This document shows positions 34,220-42,664 of a stretch of 64,000 bases of DNA, piece by piece (the first letter of the stretch is position 1; each line of letters starts with the position of its first letter). The notes below the pieces were generated by a model, which saw only the letters and a list, made by a program, of their open reading frames with translations, searched no databases and was not told where the DNA came from. The position numbers and the translations under genes were made by a program. The stretch comes from an uncultured Chitinophagaceae bacterium (lineage in GTDB: Bacteria > Bacteroidota > Bacteroidia > Chitinophagales > Chitinophagaceae), in the NCBI GenBank assembly GCA_937958995.1, contig CALGAP010000019.1, positions 2,370-66,369 on the forward strand. Direction: 5' to 3'.

Positions 34220-36688
34220 ATGCCAAAACGCGCGGCCGCTGTTGCTTTTCTTGCTTTCTTCATAACCCACTATGCCGGGGCGCAGGATAGCATCTCCATA
34301 CGCATTCGACCGGAGTACGACAGCGTGGGCAAATGGAGACGTATGTTATTTGGAGAAAATTACCGGAAAGAATATGCTGCCGAAGTCACCGTGCCCATCA
34401 TCCGCATTTCAGAAATATACGGCGGGCTCACGCCCGTGAGAGCCGGTGGCGGCAACCAGACCATATCGCTTCGACTGAAAGACAAAAACGGCCAACAATG
34501 GGTGCTGCGCAATCTCTTGAAAAATCCCGATGCGCTGATACCAACCACCCTGCGACAAACATTCGTGCGCGACGTGCTCGACGATTTTTTCAGCGCGCAG
34601 CATCCCTTCGCGCCACTGATCGTGCCGGTGCTGGCGGATGCGGCTAAGGTTCCGCATGCCAATCCCATCATCGGACTGGTGGCGCCTGATACGGCATTGG
34701 GAGAGTTCGTGCACCTGTTTGCCAACCGGGTGGCCCTGCTCGAAGAACGCGAACCGCTGGGCAACTCAGACAATTCCATAGAGATGATGGACGAGCTGCG
34801 CGATGATAATGACAACAGCTATAACGCCCAGACCTTTTTGCGCGCGCGACTGCTGGATCTGCTTCTTGGCGACTGGGATCGTCACCCCGACCAATGGCGT
34901 TGGGTAGACACTAAGAAAGGGAAAGGAAAGTTTTACGAGCCCGTGCCCCGCGATCGCGACCAGGCCTTATTCACGCGACAAGGATTTTTCCCCTGGCTGG
35001 CTTCACGCCCGGCATTCTTACCCACACTCGAAGGTTTTGATGACAAAATAAAACGCGTAAAATATTCACTCATCAAAACCAATTTCGTGAATGGCTATAT
35101 GGCCAGTCAGTTTACATTAGATGAATGGATGCAGATCACGAATGAATTTGTGCAGTCCATTACGGACTCTGTGATAGACGCGGCTTTCAGTAAATTACCC
35201 CCGGAGATATATGCCATTCGCGGGAAAGAGCTTTCTGACAAAATGAAAGCAAGAAGAGACCGCATACCCGCTGCCATGAAACGTTTCTATCGTTTTATCA
35301 ACAAAAAAGTGGATGTGCTGGGCACGCACAAACATGAGTACTTTGAAATTACCGATACCGCAGATAATAAACTGAAAATTACTGCCCGAAAAAAAAACAG
35401 CAACGGGCGGGTTTTATTTTCCAATGTCTATGATCCTTCTGTAACGAAAGAGGTGAGGATATACCTGCGGCAGGGAAATGATACCGTGGTGGTCAACAAC
35501 GCCTCTGCGCGCACGAAGCTGCGCATTGTAGGCGGCGTTGGAGAAAAATCATACAGCGTTGTCCGAAGCAGAAAGCCGGTACGCTTTTATGAAAAAGACA
35601 CTTCTTACGTGCCGGTAAATCTTTACAATATCACCATACCCTTATTCACGGCGGGTTATAACCTGGATGATGGTATCATTTTCGGCGCGGGATTTAAACA
35701 TACGCATCATGGGTTTCGGAAGCTGCCATATGCCAGCACGCAACAGTTGATGGCCGCACGTGCTTTTTCCACCAGCGCTTTCCGCATCACCTATCGAGGT
35801 GAGTGGTTGAAGCTGATCGGCAACACCGACTTCCTGCTAAATGCGATAGCACGCGCGCCCGACAATACGCAAAACTTCTTTGGAAGGGGAAATGCGACGG
35901 TGTTCAACAAGACCGGCGATTTCAGGAGATTTTATCGTACGCGATTTGCGATCTACCAGCTCGACCCGGCCTTCCGCTGGCGCTGGGACAGCAGTCGTGT
36001 GGCCTTCAGCGTTGGACCATCCCTGCAGTTTTACCGCTACGATGCCGACGAGAACCCCGGCCGCCTCATCAGTTTTCCTTCTCTCATAGGCTCATACGAC
36101 AGTGCTACGGTTGAAAAAAACAGGGAGCACCTGGGAATTGTGATGAAATTTTGGGTCGATCGCCGAAATAATAAAATATTCCCCAGCAGTGGATCGTCAT
36201 TCAGGATACGCTTGCAGGGATATGCGGGTATGAACCGCTATTCGAAGAGTTTTGTACAGGTAATGCCGGAAGCAAGTTTTTACCTGCCCATGAACAAACG
36301 TGGCACTATTGTGGTGGCCGAAAGGCTGGGCGGCGGCATATCGCTGGGTAAGACAGCCTTTTACCAGTCGCTGTTCGTCGGGGGACATGATAACCTGTTA
36401 GGATACCGCCAGTATCGTTTTGCAGGACAACATTCCCTGTACAACAACTTCGAACTCAGGTTGAAGCTGGCCGATTTTGCCAGTTATATCCTGCCCGGAC
36501 AATTGGGCATGACCAGCTTTTTTGACCTGGGCAGGGTTTGGGAAGAAAATGATAATTCCGGTGAATGGCATGCTGGCGTCGGTGGAGGATTTTACTTTGC
36601 ACCTGCACATATGGTAGTTTTGCAATTGGTTGCCGGCTATTCGAAAGAAGGGTGGTTGCCATATTTTACCATGGGCTTCAGGTTTTAG
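34220..36688 (+). CDS. Outer membrane protein: exported N-terminal domain of unknown function (kinase-like signature) fused to a C-terminal Omp85/bacterial surface antigen beta-barrel
   Basis: Signal peptide (AFFITHYAGAQD). The C-terminal ~330 aa have Omp85-type features (FVGGHDNLLGYR, GVGGGFYF, terminal FRF). The N-terminal part contains AGGGNQTISLRLKD and LLGDWDRHPDQW...PRDRDQA. Confidence 0.65.
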   Translation: MPKRAAAVAFLAFFITHYAGAQDSISIRIRPEYDSVGKWRRMLFGENYRKEYAAEVTVPIIRISEIYGGLTPVRAGGGNQTISLRLKDKNGQQWVLRNLLKNPDALIPTTLRQTFVRDVLDDFFSAQHPFAPLIVPVLADAAKVPHANPIIGLVAPDTALGEFVHLFANRVALLEEREPLGNSDNSIEMMDELRDDNDNSYNAQTFLRARLLDLLLGDWDRHPDQWRWVDTKKGKGKFYEPVPRDRDQALFTRQGFFPWLASRPAFLPTLEGFDDKIKRVKYSLIKTNFVNGYMASQFTLDEWMQITNEFVQSITDSVIDAAFSKLPPEIYAIRGKELSDKMKARRDRIPAAMKRFYRFINKKVDVLGTHKHEYFEITDTADNKLKITARKKNSNGRVLFSNVYDPSVTKEVRIYLRQGNDTVVVNNASARTKLRIVGGVGEKSYSVVRSRKPVRFYEKDTSYVPVNLYNITIPLFTAGYNLDDGIIFGAGFKHTHHGFRKLPYASTQQLMAARAFSTSAFRITYRGEWLKLIGNTDFLLNAIARAPDNTQNFFGRGNATVFNKTGDFRRFYRTRFAIYQLDPAFRWRWDSSRVAFSVGPSLQFYRYDADENPGRLISFPSLIGSYDSATVEKNREHLGIVMKFWVDRRNNKIFPSSGSSFRIRLQGYAGMNRYSKSFVQVMPEASFYLPMNKRGTIVVAERLGGGISLGKTAFYQSLFVGGHDNLLGYRQYRFAGQHSLYNNFELRLKLADFASYILPGQLGMTSFFDLGRVWEENDNSGEWHAGVGGGFYFAPAHMVVLQLVAGYSKEGWLPYFTMGFRF

Positions 36689-36725
36689 CAAACATTGAGT
36701 CCATGCAATTGTTAAAGACATAGCT

Positions 36726-39146
36726 ATGCAACTCAAAATACTGAATCTCGCCAGGGAGTTTCACACTGCTGAAATGTCGAGCAAGACGAAGACGCCTGTC
36801 ACAGTGCTTTCGTTCAAGCCTTTTTTGGATTATATCAGGGCGAGAATAGAAAATACTGATGCCATCAAAAAGGAAATGTACCAGATGATCCTCGAGAAGT
36901 TTGCGAAGTATCCCGAACTGGAAGGAGAGGTGAAGCTGGAAGATACTCCCAAATACCGCGAAATTCTCGACCTCGTTCACATTGCGTTGACTACCGTGGT
37001 GGAAGAAGAAGAGAAACTGCTCTGGGGCATTTCCATTCCTGTAACGCCATATATTTTCTATGGTTCCGATGCCTTATATGAATTTTTGCTGGAGGCGGGC
37101 ACGCAGGAACTGAACCAGGCCATTTTCGCCGATCCTGAGACTTTTCACCGGCAGAAATGCGCGATGCTCTATTCTTTCCTGCTGAATAAGTTTTACAACT
37201 ATAACTACACCCACAAGCGCGAGATCATACGCCCGGTATATGACCCGCATTGCCGTTTTATAAAATACTACCGCATCAATGTGGATATACGCTTTGTGGA
37301 GGTGGCTTCCACCATGCCGCTGCCGGAGCTGAACCTCGAATCGCTGGAGCTTCACCTCGATGAAGACGCAGGACTGGATACACTGGAAAAATTGCTGCCC
37401 TTCGACCTGTTCAGGTTCTCGGGTTTTTCGATAGTCACCATCACCGATGTTACCTCCGATTATTCACTGGAGAAGATCAAGGATGTGCTGGTGAACACGC
37501 ACGACAAGAATTACGAGGAAAATTACCGCACCGTGGTAGAATCGCTCAAGGCCATGGCGGGCAGCCAAGACCTGGAGTTTGGCATCCTGCCGCTGTTCAA
37601 AGTAAATAATCGCCTGATAGAAGATGTGGACGCTTATAACCACAGCATCATTTTTTCGCTGGGCAGGCAGCAGGGTGTGGCCGAGAATAGTTTTGTGCAG
37701 CTGATTGAGAAATTTGTCTCCAACCCGCACCTCATATTTTTCCGCGACCTGGATATGGCCGGTCCTTCGCATGTGCAGGTAGGTAAACTGCTGTATATGG
37801 CAGGTGTGAAAAGCTATGCGCTGATGCCCGTTTATTATAACAAAAAACTGGTAGGCTCTTTTGAAATCTATACCAAACAAAAAGGACTTCTGGATGAAAG
37901 AATTTTTACTCGCATAGAACCCGCTATTCCTCTTATTGCGCAACTGATGCAAAACAGCATCGACGATTTCCAGAGAGCTATCAACCGCACTATCCGCGAT
38001 AAGTTCACTTCGCTGCAACCTTCAGTGCAATGGAAATTCAACGAGGCCGCCTGGAAATATCTCTACCGCAGCAAGAAAGGAGAAAAGCCGGGAGATATTC
38101 AAAAGATAGAGTTCAGGCAGGTATACCCGCTGTATGGCGCGGTGGATATGCGCAACTCAACCATTGAGCGAAACAAAGCGCTGATCAACGACCTGAGTTA
38201 CCAGTTCAATCATCTGCAGGAAGTGCTGAATGCGCTGAAGGAAAAAAGCGGCTTTGGTCTTACCGATGAATTTATCTTCAAATGCAATAAATGGTTGAAA
38301 GTCCTTCGTGGCGTAGTGACTCCCAACGATGAGATCAGGCTCAACCAGTTCCTCAACGAAGAAGCGCATCCTTTCCTGGAGCATTTCAGGGAGACGCATC
38401 CCGCGCTGTCGCCCATCATTAACGAATATTTCCGGAATATTGAGCCGGCCGAAGGCCGCGCCTGGCAAAACCGCCGCGACCTGGAAGAATCGATGCAACT
38501 GATCAATAACGCCATCAACAATTACCTCGACAACATGAACGTGGAGCTGCAGCGTGCTTATCCCTGCTATTTCGAGCGCTTCAGAACCGATGGTGTGGAA
38601 TATGATATTTATATTGGTCAGTCCATCGCTCCCGACAAACCTTTCGACCAGGTATATGTAAAGAACCTGCGTCTCTGGCAACTCAACTCTATGGCGGCTA
38701 TCGCGAAGCTTTCCGCCTCGTTGCTTCCGCAAATGAAAGTGCCGCTGTACACCACACAGCTGATCTTTATATATTCAAATACTATCGATATCAGTTTCCG
38801 ACGCGACGAGCGCCGCTTTGATGTGGAGGGCGGATACAATATCCGCTATCATATCATCAAGAAGCGCATTGATAAAGTCAACATCAAAAACTCGCGCGAG
38901 CGCCTTACCCAACCGGGCAAGATAGCGCTCATCTACTTCAACCAGAAAGAAGCTGATGAATATATCTCGTACATCCATCACCTGCAGGAGAAGAATATTT
39001 TAAACGACGACCTCGAATTTCTCGAGCTTGAAGAACTGCAAGGCATCAGCGGGCTGAAGGCTTTGCGTGTGGGCGTGAATGTGAAAGAGGAAGCAGAGCA
39101 GGAAGATGAGGAAGTGGGTAAGCCGCTGGTGAAGCAGGAAGAGTGA
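36726..39146 (+). CDS. Large cytoplasmic protein with a central GAF-like domain and an acidic C-terminal tail; function unknown
   Basis: 806-aa ORF with an alternative start at 36774 (MSSKTKT). There is a GAF-like stretch, VKSYALMPVYYNKKLVGSFEIYTKQKG. No TM or signal peptide. The C-terminus is EEAEQEDEEVGKPLVKQEE. Confidence 0.45.
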   Translation: MQLKILNLAREFHTAEMSSKTKTPVTVLSFKPFLDYIRARIENTDAIKKEMYQMILEKFAKYPELEGEVKLEDTPKYREILDLVHIALTTVVEEEEKLLWGISIPVTPYIFYGSDALYEFLLEAGTQELNQAIFADPETFHRQKCAMLYSFLLNKFYNYNYTHKREIIRPVYDPHCRFIKYYRINVDIRFVEVASTMPLPELNLESLELHLDEDAGLDTLEKLLPFDLFRFSGFSIVTITDVTSDYSLEKIKDVLVNTHDKNYEENYRTVVESLKAMAGSQDLEFGILPLFKVNNRLIEDVDAYNHSIIFSLGRQQGVAENSFVQLIEKFVSNPHLIFFRDLDMAGPSHVQVGKLLYMAGVKSYALMPVYYNKKLVGSFEIYTKQKGLLDERIFTRIEPAIPLIAQLMQNSIDDFQRAINRTIRDKFTSLQPSVQWKFNEAAWKYLYRSKKGEKPGDIQKIEFRQVYPLYGAVDMRNSTIERNKALINDLSYQFNHLQEVLNALKEKSGFGLTDEFIFKCNKWLKVLRGVVTPNDEIRLNQFLNEEAHPFLEHFRETHPALSPIINEYFRNIEPAEGRAWQNRRDLEESMQLINNAINNYLDNMNVELQRAYPCYFERFRTDGVEYDIYIGQSIAPDKPFDQVYVKNLRLWQLNSMAAIAKLSASLLPQMKVPLYTTQLIFIYSNTIDISFRRDERRFDVEGGYNIRYHIIKKRIDKVNIKNSRERLTQPGKIALIYFNQKEADEYISYIHHLQEKNILNDDLEFLELEELQGISGLKALRVGVNVKEEAEQEDEEVGKPLVKQEE

Positions 39147-39199
39147 AGGGGTTCGGGTTTCGGGTATTCAGGGAGCAGTACTCATTTTTGAAACGATCA

Positions 39200-39688
39200 T
39201 TACTGCTTTGCAGGAGGCAAATCGGTATTCCATATTTCACGGTACAGCTTCCATTTGCCATCTTCCTTTTTCCATAATGCAATAAATTTTCCCTTATCGA
39301 GGCTGCCGCCTTTGCCGTCGGGGAAATTATAAGTGCCGTCTTCCACTACCAGATCGGCATTGCCGTAAATATCGTTGGGTGGTAACTCCATGATGAGGTT
39401 ACTGTTTTCACCGGTATAAAAGAAAGCAACAATTGAGTCGATACCAATCACGGGTGGTACATTGGGACAATACACAGCCGCATCTTTACAATAGCGTTCT
39501 TCATAAAATGTCCGGTCTTTGGTGGTAAAACGCTTCGCATACGACTTATTCATCTCTTCAATATGAGCCTTGACAGAATCTAAGTTGAAATTACTTTCAT
39601 CTGTGGTCGAAGATGCTACCTGTGAGCTGGGATTGGGGTTGCAGGCCGCTATGCAGGCGGCGAGCAGGATGAACAGTTTTGTTCTCAT
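39200..39688 (-). CDS. DUF4440 / SnoaL-like (NTF2 fold) lipoprotein
   Basis: I chose the start at MRTKLFILLAACIAACNPN (lipoprotein signal). The C-terminal GKFIALWKKEDGKWKLYREIWNTD is typical of DUF4440/NTF2-like proteins. The longer ORF reaches 39763. Confidence 0.6.
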   Translation of the reverse strand: MRTKLFILLAACIAACNPNPSSQVASSTTDESNFNLDSVKAHIEEMNKSYAKRFTTKDRTFYEERYCKDAAVYCPNVPPVIGIDSIVAFFYTGENSNLIMELPPNDIYGNADLVVEDGTYNFPDGKGGSLDKGKFIALWKKEDGKWKLYREIWNTDLPPAKQ

Positions 39689-39741
39689 GACAGCTGGTTT
39701 TGGTGATATCTGTAATTTACGATATAAAATAAACAAGCTGG

Positions 39742-40212
39742 TTACAAATTTTTCCAACTCCAATACCCCAGTTCATGTGTCTGCCATGCTGCGCCCGTGG
39801 AGGCTGTGATGCGTATATAGAAACTTCCGTTAAGTCCCAATGTGGCGGCAAGGTCAACGGCGTACTCCAGCACTTTTTGCTGATCGAGGAACACTTCTAT
39901 CTTCTTGCTTTTGTAGCGAATGCGCGCGTGATGAATTTTGCCATCATCAAAATCGCTGGTGACGTAGTAATTCGCTTTCCGGTATTGATAGCCTGCGTTA
40001 TTGGGTTCCATGCCATTGGTATGAATGGCCACATGATCGCCGGTTTCGCCGCCAATGGCTTCTGAGTAAACTGGAAAATTGTTGAGTGTTTGGCATTGCT
40101 GCCGGAAATTTTTCACCCACAAATTTTCAGCGTTCGCATACAAAATGCATGCGTTTACATACAAATCGGTCGGGTGCGTCTCGGAAGCTGGTAAATTGGC
40201 CAGATTAAACAC
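39742..40212 (-). CDS. L-type (legume-like) lectin domain protein without a signal peptide
   Basis: 156 aa. HVAIHTNG, GKIHHARIRYKSKKIEVFLD and FYIRITASTGAAWQTHELGYWSW are colinear with the conserved legume/bacterial L-type lectin strands. The N-terminal part is shorter than in canonical lectins. Confidence 0.45.
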   Translation of the reverse strand: MFNLANLPASETHPTDLYVNACILYANAENLWVKNFRQQCQTLNNFPVYSEAIGGETGDHVAIHTNGMEPNNAGYQYRKANYYVTSDFDDGKIHHARIRYKSKKIEVFLDQQKVLEYAVDLAATLGLNGSFYIRITASTGAAWQTHELGYWSWKNL

Positions 40213-40217
40213 CTTCT

Positions 40218-41951
40218 TTGATGAAAATGAAATATTTCCAGTTCCTTTCCTTGCTGCTGGTACTTCAAACCGGCCTGGCGCAAAATGTGGCCATCAATAA
40301 TACCGGCGCAGAGCCCGATTCCAACGCCATTCTTGACATCAGCTCGGATACGAAAGGGCTGCTGATTCCCAGGATGACAACTGCTGCGCGGGAAGCCATA
40401 CCCAACACGGTAGGATTGATGGTGTATGATACAGATACCAAATCGTTCTGGTACAATGACGGTAGTGCGTGGGTAGACCTGGCGGTGGGAAAGGGCTGGG
40501 CGCTGGGAGGAAATGCGGGCACTGATCCTGCCGTTCATTTCATCGGCACTACCGATTTAAGGCCGCTCATTTTTAAAGTCAATAATGATCAGTCAGGCAT
40601 AATCGATCCTGCCAGAGAAAATGTGGCGTTTGGATATGTCTCGTTAATGCTTAATTCTACGGGATCCGACAATACCGCGATTGGATACTGGGCCATGGCA
40701 TCAAACACAGATGGCGTTTCTAATACAGCGATTGGCAATACAGCCCTGGCTTGGAATACTTCAGGCATCGAGAATACTGCTGTTGGCGCTTATGCCTTGC
40801 GCTCCAATTCGACGGGTCAAAGAAATACAGGCTTGGGGTATGGCTCTCTTTTCGAAAACACTACGGGCTCAGGGAATACCGCTTTGGGGCATCTATCTTT
40901 AACATCTAATACCACAGGTTCCAATAATACCGCGGTGGGGTGGAGTGCGCTTGGTGAAAATACGATAGCTGCGCTGAATACAGCCGTTGGTTGGGAATCG
41001 ATGCGATTTAGTGCCGAAGGTGGATCCAATACGGCCCTGGGCGCACAATCTTTATTAAGAAATGCAGGAACTAATAATGTAGGGATTGGTTATTCCACAT
41101 TAAGTTCGAATACAAGTGGCAGTTACAACACGGCAGTAGGGACAGAAGCATTATATTTTAACACAACCGGCCAGGACAATGCAGCCGTGGGCTATAGGTC
41201 GATGCTTTATAATACTACGGGTTTGTATAATGCCGGATTTGGCAATTATGCTTTTGTAAATAATGTTTCAGGTAACGGCAATGCGGGTGTGGGATATCAC
41301 GCAGCAAGTCTGAACACCACGGGTTCTGATAACGTGGCTGTTGGCATCTATGCGCTGCGTGGAAACGAAACGGGCGATGGAAATATCGCAATAGGGGCCT
41401 ATGCCGATGTCGCTTCAGGTGATCTTTATAATGCAATTGCAATCGGAAGCGACGCGGTGGTTGATCAATCCAACAAGATACGTCTTGGTAACGGCGCCAT
41501 CACTGTCATAGAAGCACAGGTGCCTCTTACCACTCCCTCCGACGGTCGTTTTAAATTCAATGTGCAGGAAGATGTGAAGGGGCTGGACTTCATCTTGAAA
41601 CTTCGTCCGGTCACCTACCAGTTCAACGTGCAGCAATTTGATGAGGGATTCAGCAGGTTGACTGCGAAGAAGGACGCTGGCATAAACGAGCTTCCCCAAA
41701 CCAGATTAAACTATAATGCCGCCCTGCAACAGCGCCGCATTGGCTTCATAGCGCAGGAGGTGGAGGAGGCCGCCGCGAGTGCCGGGTTCAATTTCAGCGG
41801 TCTTACCAGGCCCCAATCACCTGAGCAGCACTACAGTCTCAGCTATGAAAGTTTTGTGGTGCCACTGGTAAAAGCCGTTCAGGAACAGCAGGAAATTATA
41901 GAAGAATTGAAAAGAGAGATAAAGGAATTGAGGGAAATGATTAAGAAATAG
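40218..41951 (+). CDS. Tail-fibre-like secreted protein: about 20 NTAxG-type beta-helix repeats plus a C-terminal S74 intramolecular chaperone (endosialidase chaperone) domain
   Basis: Signal peptide (LLLVLQTGLAQN). A repeated 14-aa unit (..NTAIG..AL..NTTG..). C-terminal SDGRFKFNVQ...LRPVTYQF...RIGFIAQEVEE...SLSYESFVVPLVKAVQEQQ, plus a terminal coiled coil. Confidence 0.75.
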   Translation: MMKMKYFQFLSLLLVLQTGLAQNVAINNTGAEPDSNAILDISSDTKGLLIPRMTTAAREAIPNTVGLMVYDTDTKSFWYNDGSAWVDLAVGKGWALGGNAGTDPAVHFIGTTDLRPLIFKVNNDQSGIIDPARENVAFGYVSLMLNSTGSDNTAIGYWAMASNTDGVSNTAIGNTALAWNTSGIENTAVGAYALRSNSTGQRNTGLGYGSLFENTTGSGNTALGHLSLTSNTTGSNNTAVGWSALGENTIAALNTAVGWESMRFSAEGGSNTALGAQSLLRNAGTNNVGIGYSTLSSNTSGSYNTAVGTEALYFNTTGQDNAAVGYRSMLYNTTGLYNAGFGNYAFVNNVSGNGNAGVGYHAASLNTTGSDNVAVGIYALRGNETGDGNIAIGAYADVASGDLYNAIAIGSDAVVDQSNKIRLGNGAITVIEAQVPLTTPSDGRFKFNVQEDVKGLDFILKLRPVTYQFNVQQFDEGFSRLTAKKDAGINELPQTRLNYNAALQQRRIGFIAQEVEEAAASAGFNFSGLTRPQSPEQHYSLSYESFVVPLVKAVQEQQEIIEELKREIKELREMIKK

Positions 41952-41956
41952 GGTGT

Positions 41957-42046
41957 TGGCGGAGAGAGAGGGATTCGAACCCTCGGTACGGTTGCCCGCA
42001 CAACGGTTTTCGAGACCGCCCCATTCAGCCACTCTGGCATCTCTCC
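41957..42046 (-). tRNA. tRNA-Ser (anticodon CGA), class II with a long variable arm and encoded CCA
   Basis: The reverse complement reads GGAGAGA-TG-CCAGAGTGGCTGAATGG-GGCGGT-CTCGAAA-ACCGTT-GTGCGGGCAACCGTACC-GAGGG-TTCGAAT-CCCTC-TCTCTCC-G-CCA. The acceptor and T stems pair perfectly, and the anticodon loop is CU-CGA-AA. Confidence 0.92.
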
Positions 42047-42054
42047 GGGGGCCG

Positions 42055-42062
42055 CAAAGGTA
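42055..42062 (-). promoter_or_regulatory. Candidate -7 promoter box for tRNA-Ser
   Basis: The minus strand reads TACCTTTG (TAnnTTTG) and ends 8 nt before the mature tRNA 5' end. Confidence 0.45.
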
Positions 42063-42141
42063 AAACTTTATTGGTAACGGTTGCTTGTTTTTCACGTGCG
42101 ATTTTCGTAATTTACTAGCATCGCTCACCAAAACACGCCGT

Positions 42142-42579
42142 ATGAATAAAAAAGTCGCGGATATCCTCCTTCGCAAAGGAAGCAATATCACCACTGTTAA
42201 GCCTGGATCCACGGTGCTTCAGGCCCTCGAGATCATGGCCCAGCAGAATATTGGCTCGGTAGTCGTGATGGACAACGGGAAATACCTGGGTATTATGACA
42301 GAAAGGGATTACAGCCGTAAAGTGGTACTCAAAGGAAAATCTTCTACCGACACCCCCGTGGAGGAAATTATGACCAGCGACCTGCCGCCGGTAAGTCCCA
42401 ACGACAGCATTGACCACTGTATGCAACTGATGAGTGATAAACATATCCGCTATCTGCCTGTGTTTGAAGGCGATCATATGATCGGCATTTTGTCTATCAA
42501 CGACGTGGTGACCGAAACCATCCTCTCGCAGGAGGAAACCATTTCGCAGCTAAAAGATTATTTGCATTCAAGCTTATAA
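42142..42579 (+). CDS. CBS domain pair protein
   Basis: 145 aa from MNKKVADIL. There are two CBS motifs (IGSVVVMDNGKYLGIMTERD; IRYLPVFEGDHMIGILSINDV). The upstream part of the longer ORF (42085) is unlikely to be coding. Confidence 0.8.
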   Translation: MNKKVADILLRKGSNITTVKPGSTVLQALEIMAQQNIGSVVVMDNGKYLGIMTERDYSRKVVLKGKSSTDTPVEEIMTSDLPPVSPNDSIDHCMQLMSDKHIRYLPVFEGDHMIGILSINDVVTETILSQEETISQLKDYLHSSL

Positions 42580-42584
42580 ACAGC

Positions 42585-42605
42585 AAGGAGGCCCTGGGCC
42601 TCCTT
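42585..42605. terminator. Hairpin between convergent CBS and DUF1801 genes (bidirectional terminator candidate)
   Basis: AAGGAGGCC-CTG-GGCCTCCTT forms a 9-bp GC-rich stem, flanked by A-rich sequence on the plus strand. Confidence 0.5.
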
Positions 42606-42664
42606 TAAAAATATTCAATCCTCAATTAGTTGTTGTCTGCTGATTGTCGTTTATTTATTCCCCA

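Noticed and set aside
39200-42046. A possible genomic island integrated at the 3' end of tRNA-Ser(CGA), comprising the tail-fibre, lectin-like and DUF4440 genes.
   Set aside because: The window contains no integrase, excisionase or other phage or ICE genes. I could not find a direct repeat of the tRNA 3' end at lower coordinates. The evidence is too thin to call a mobile element.
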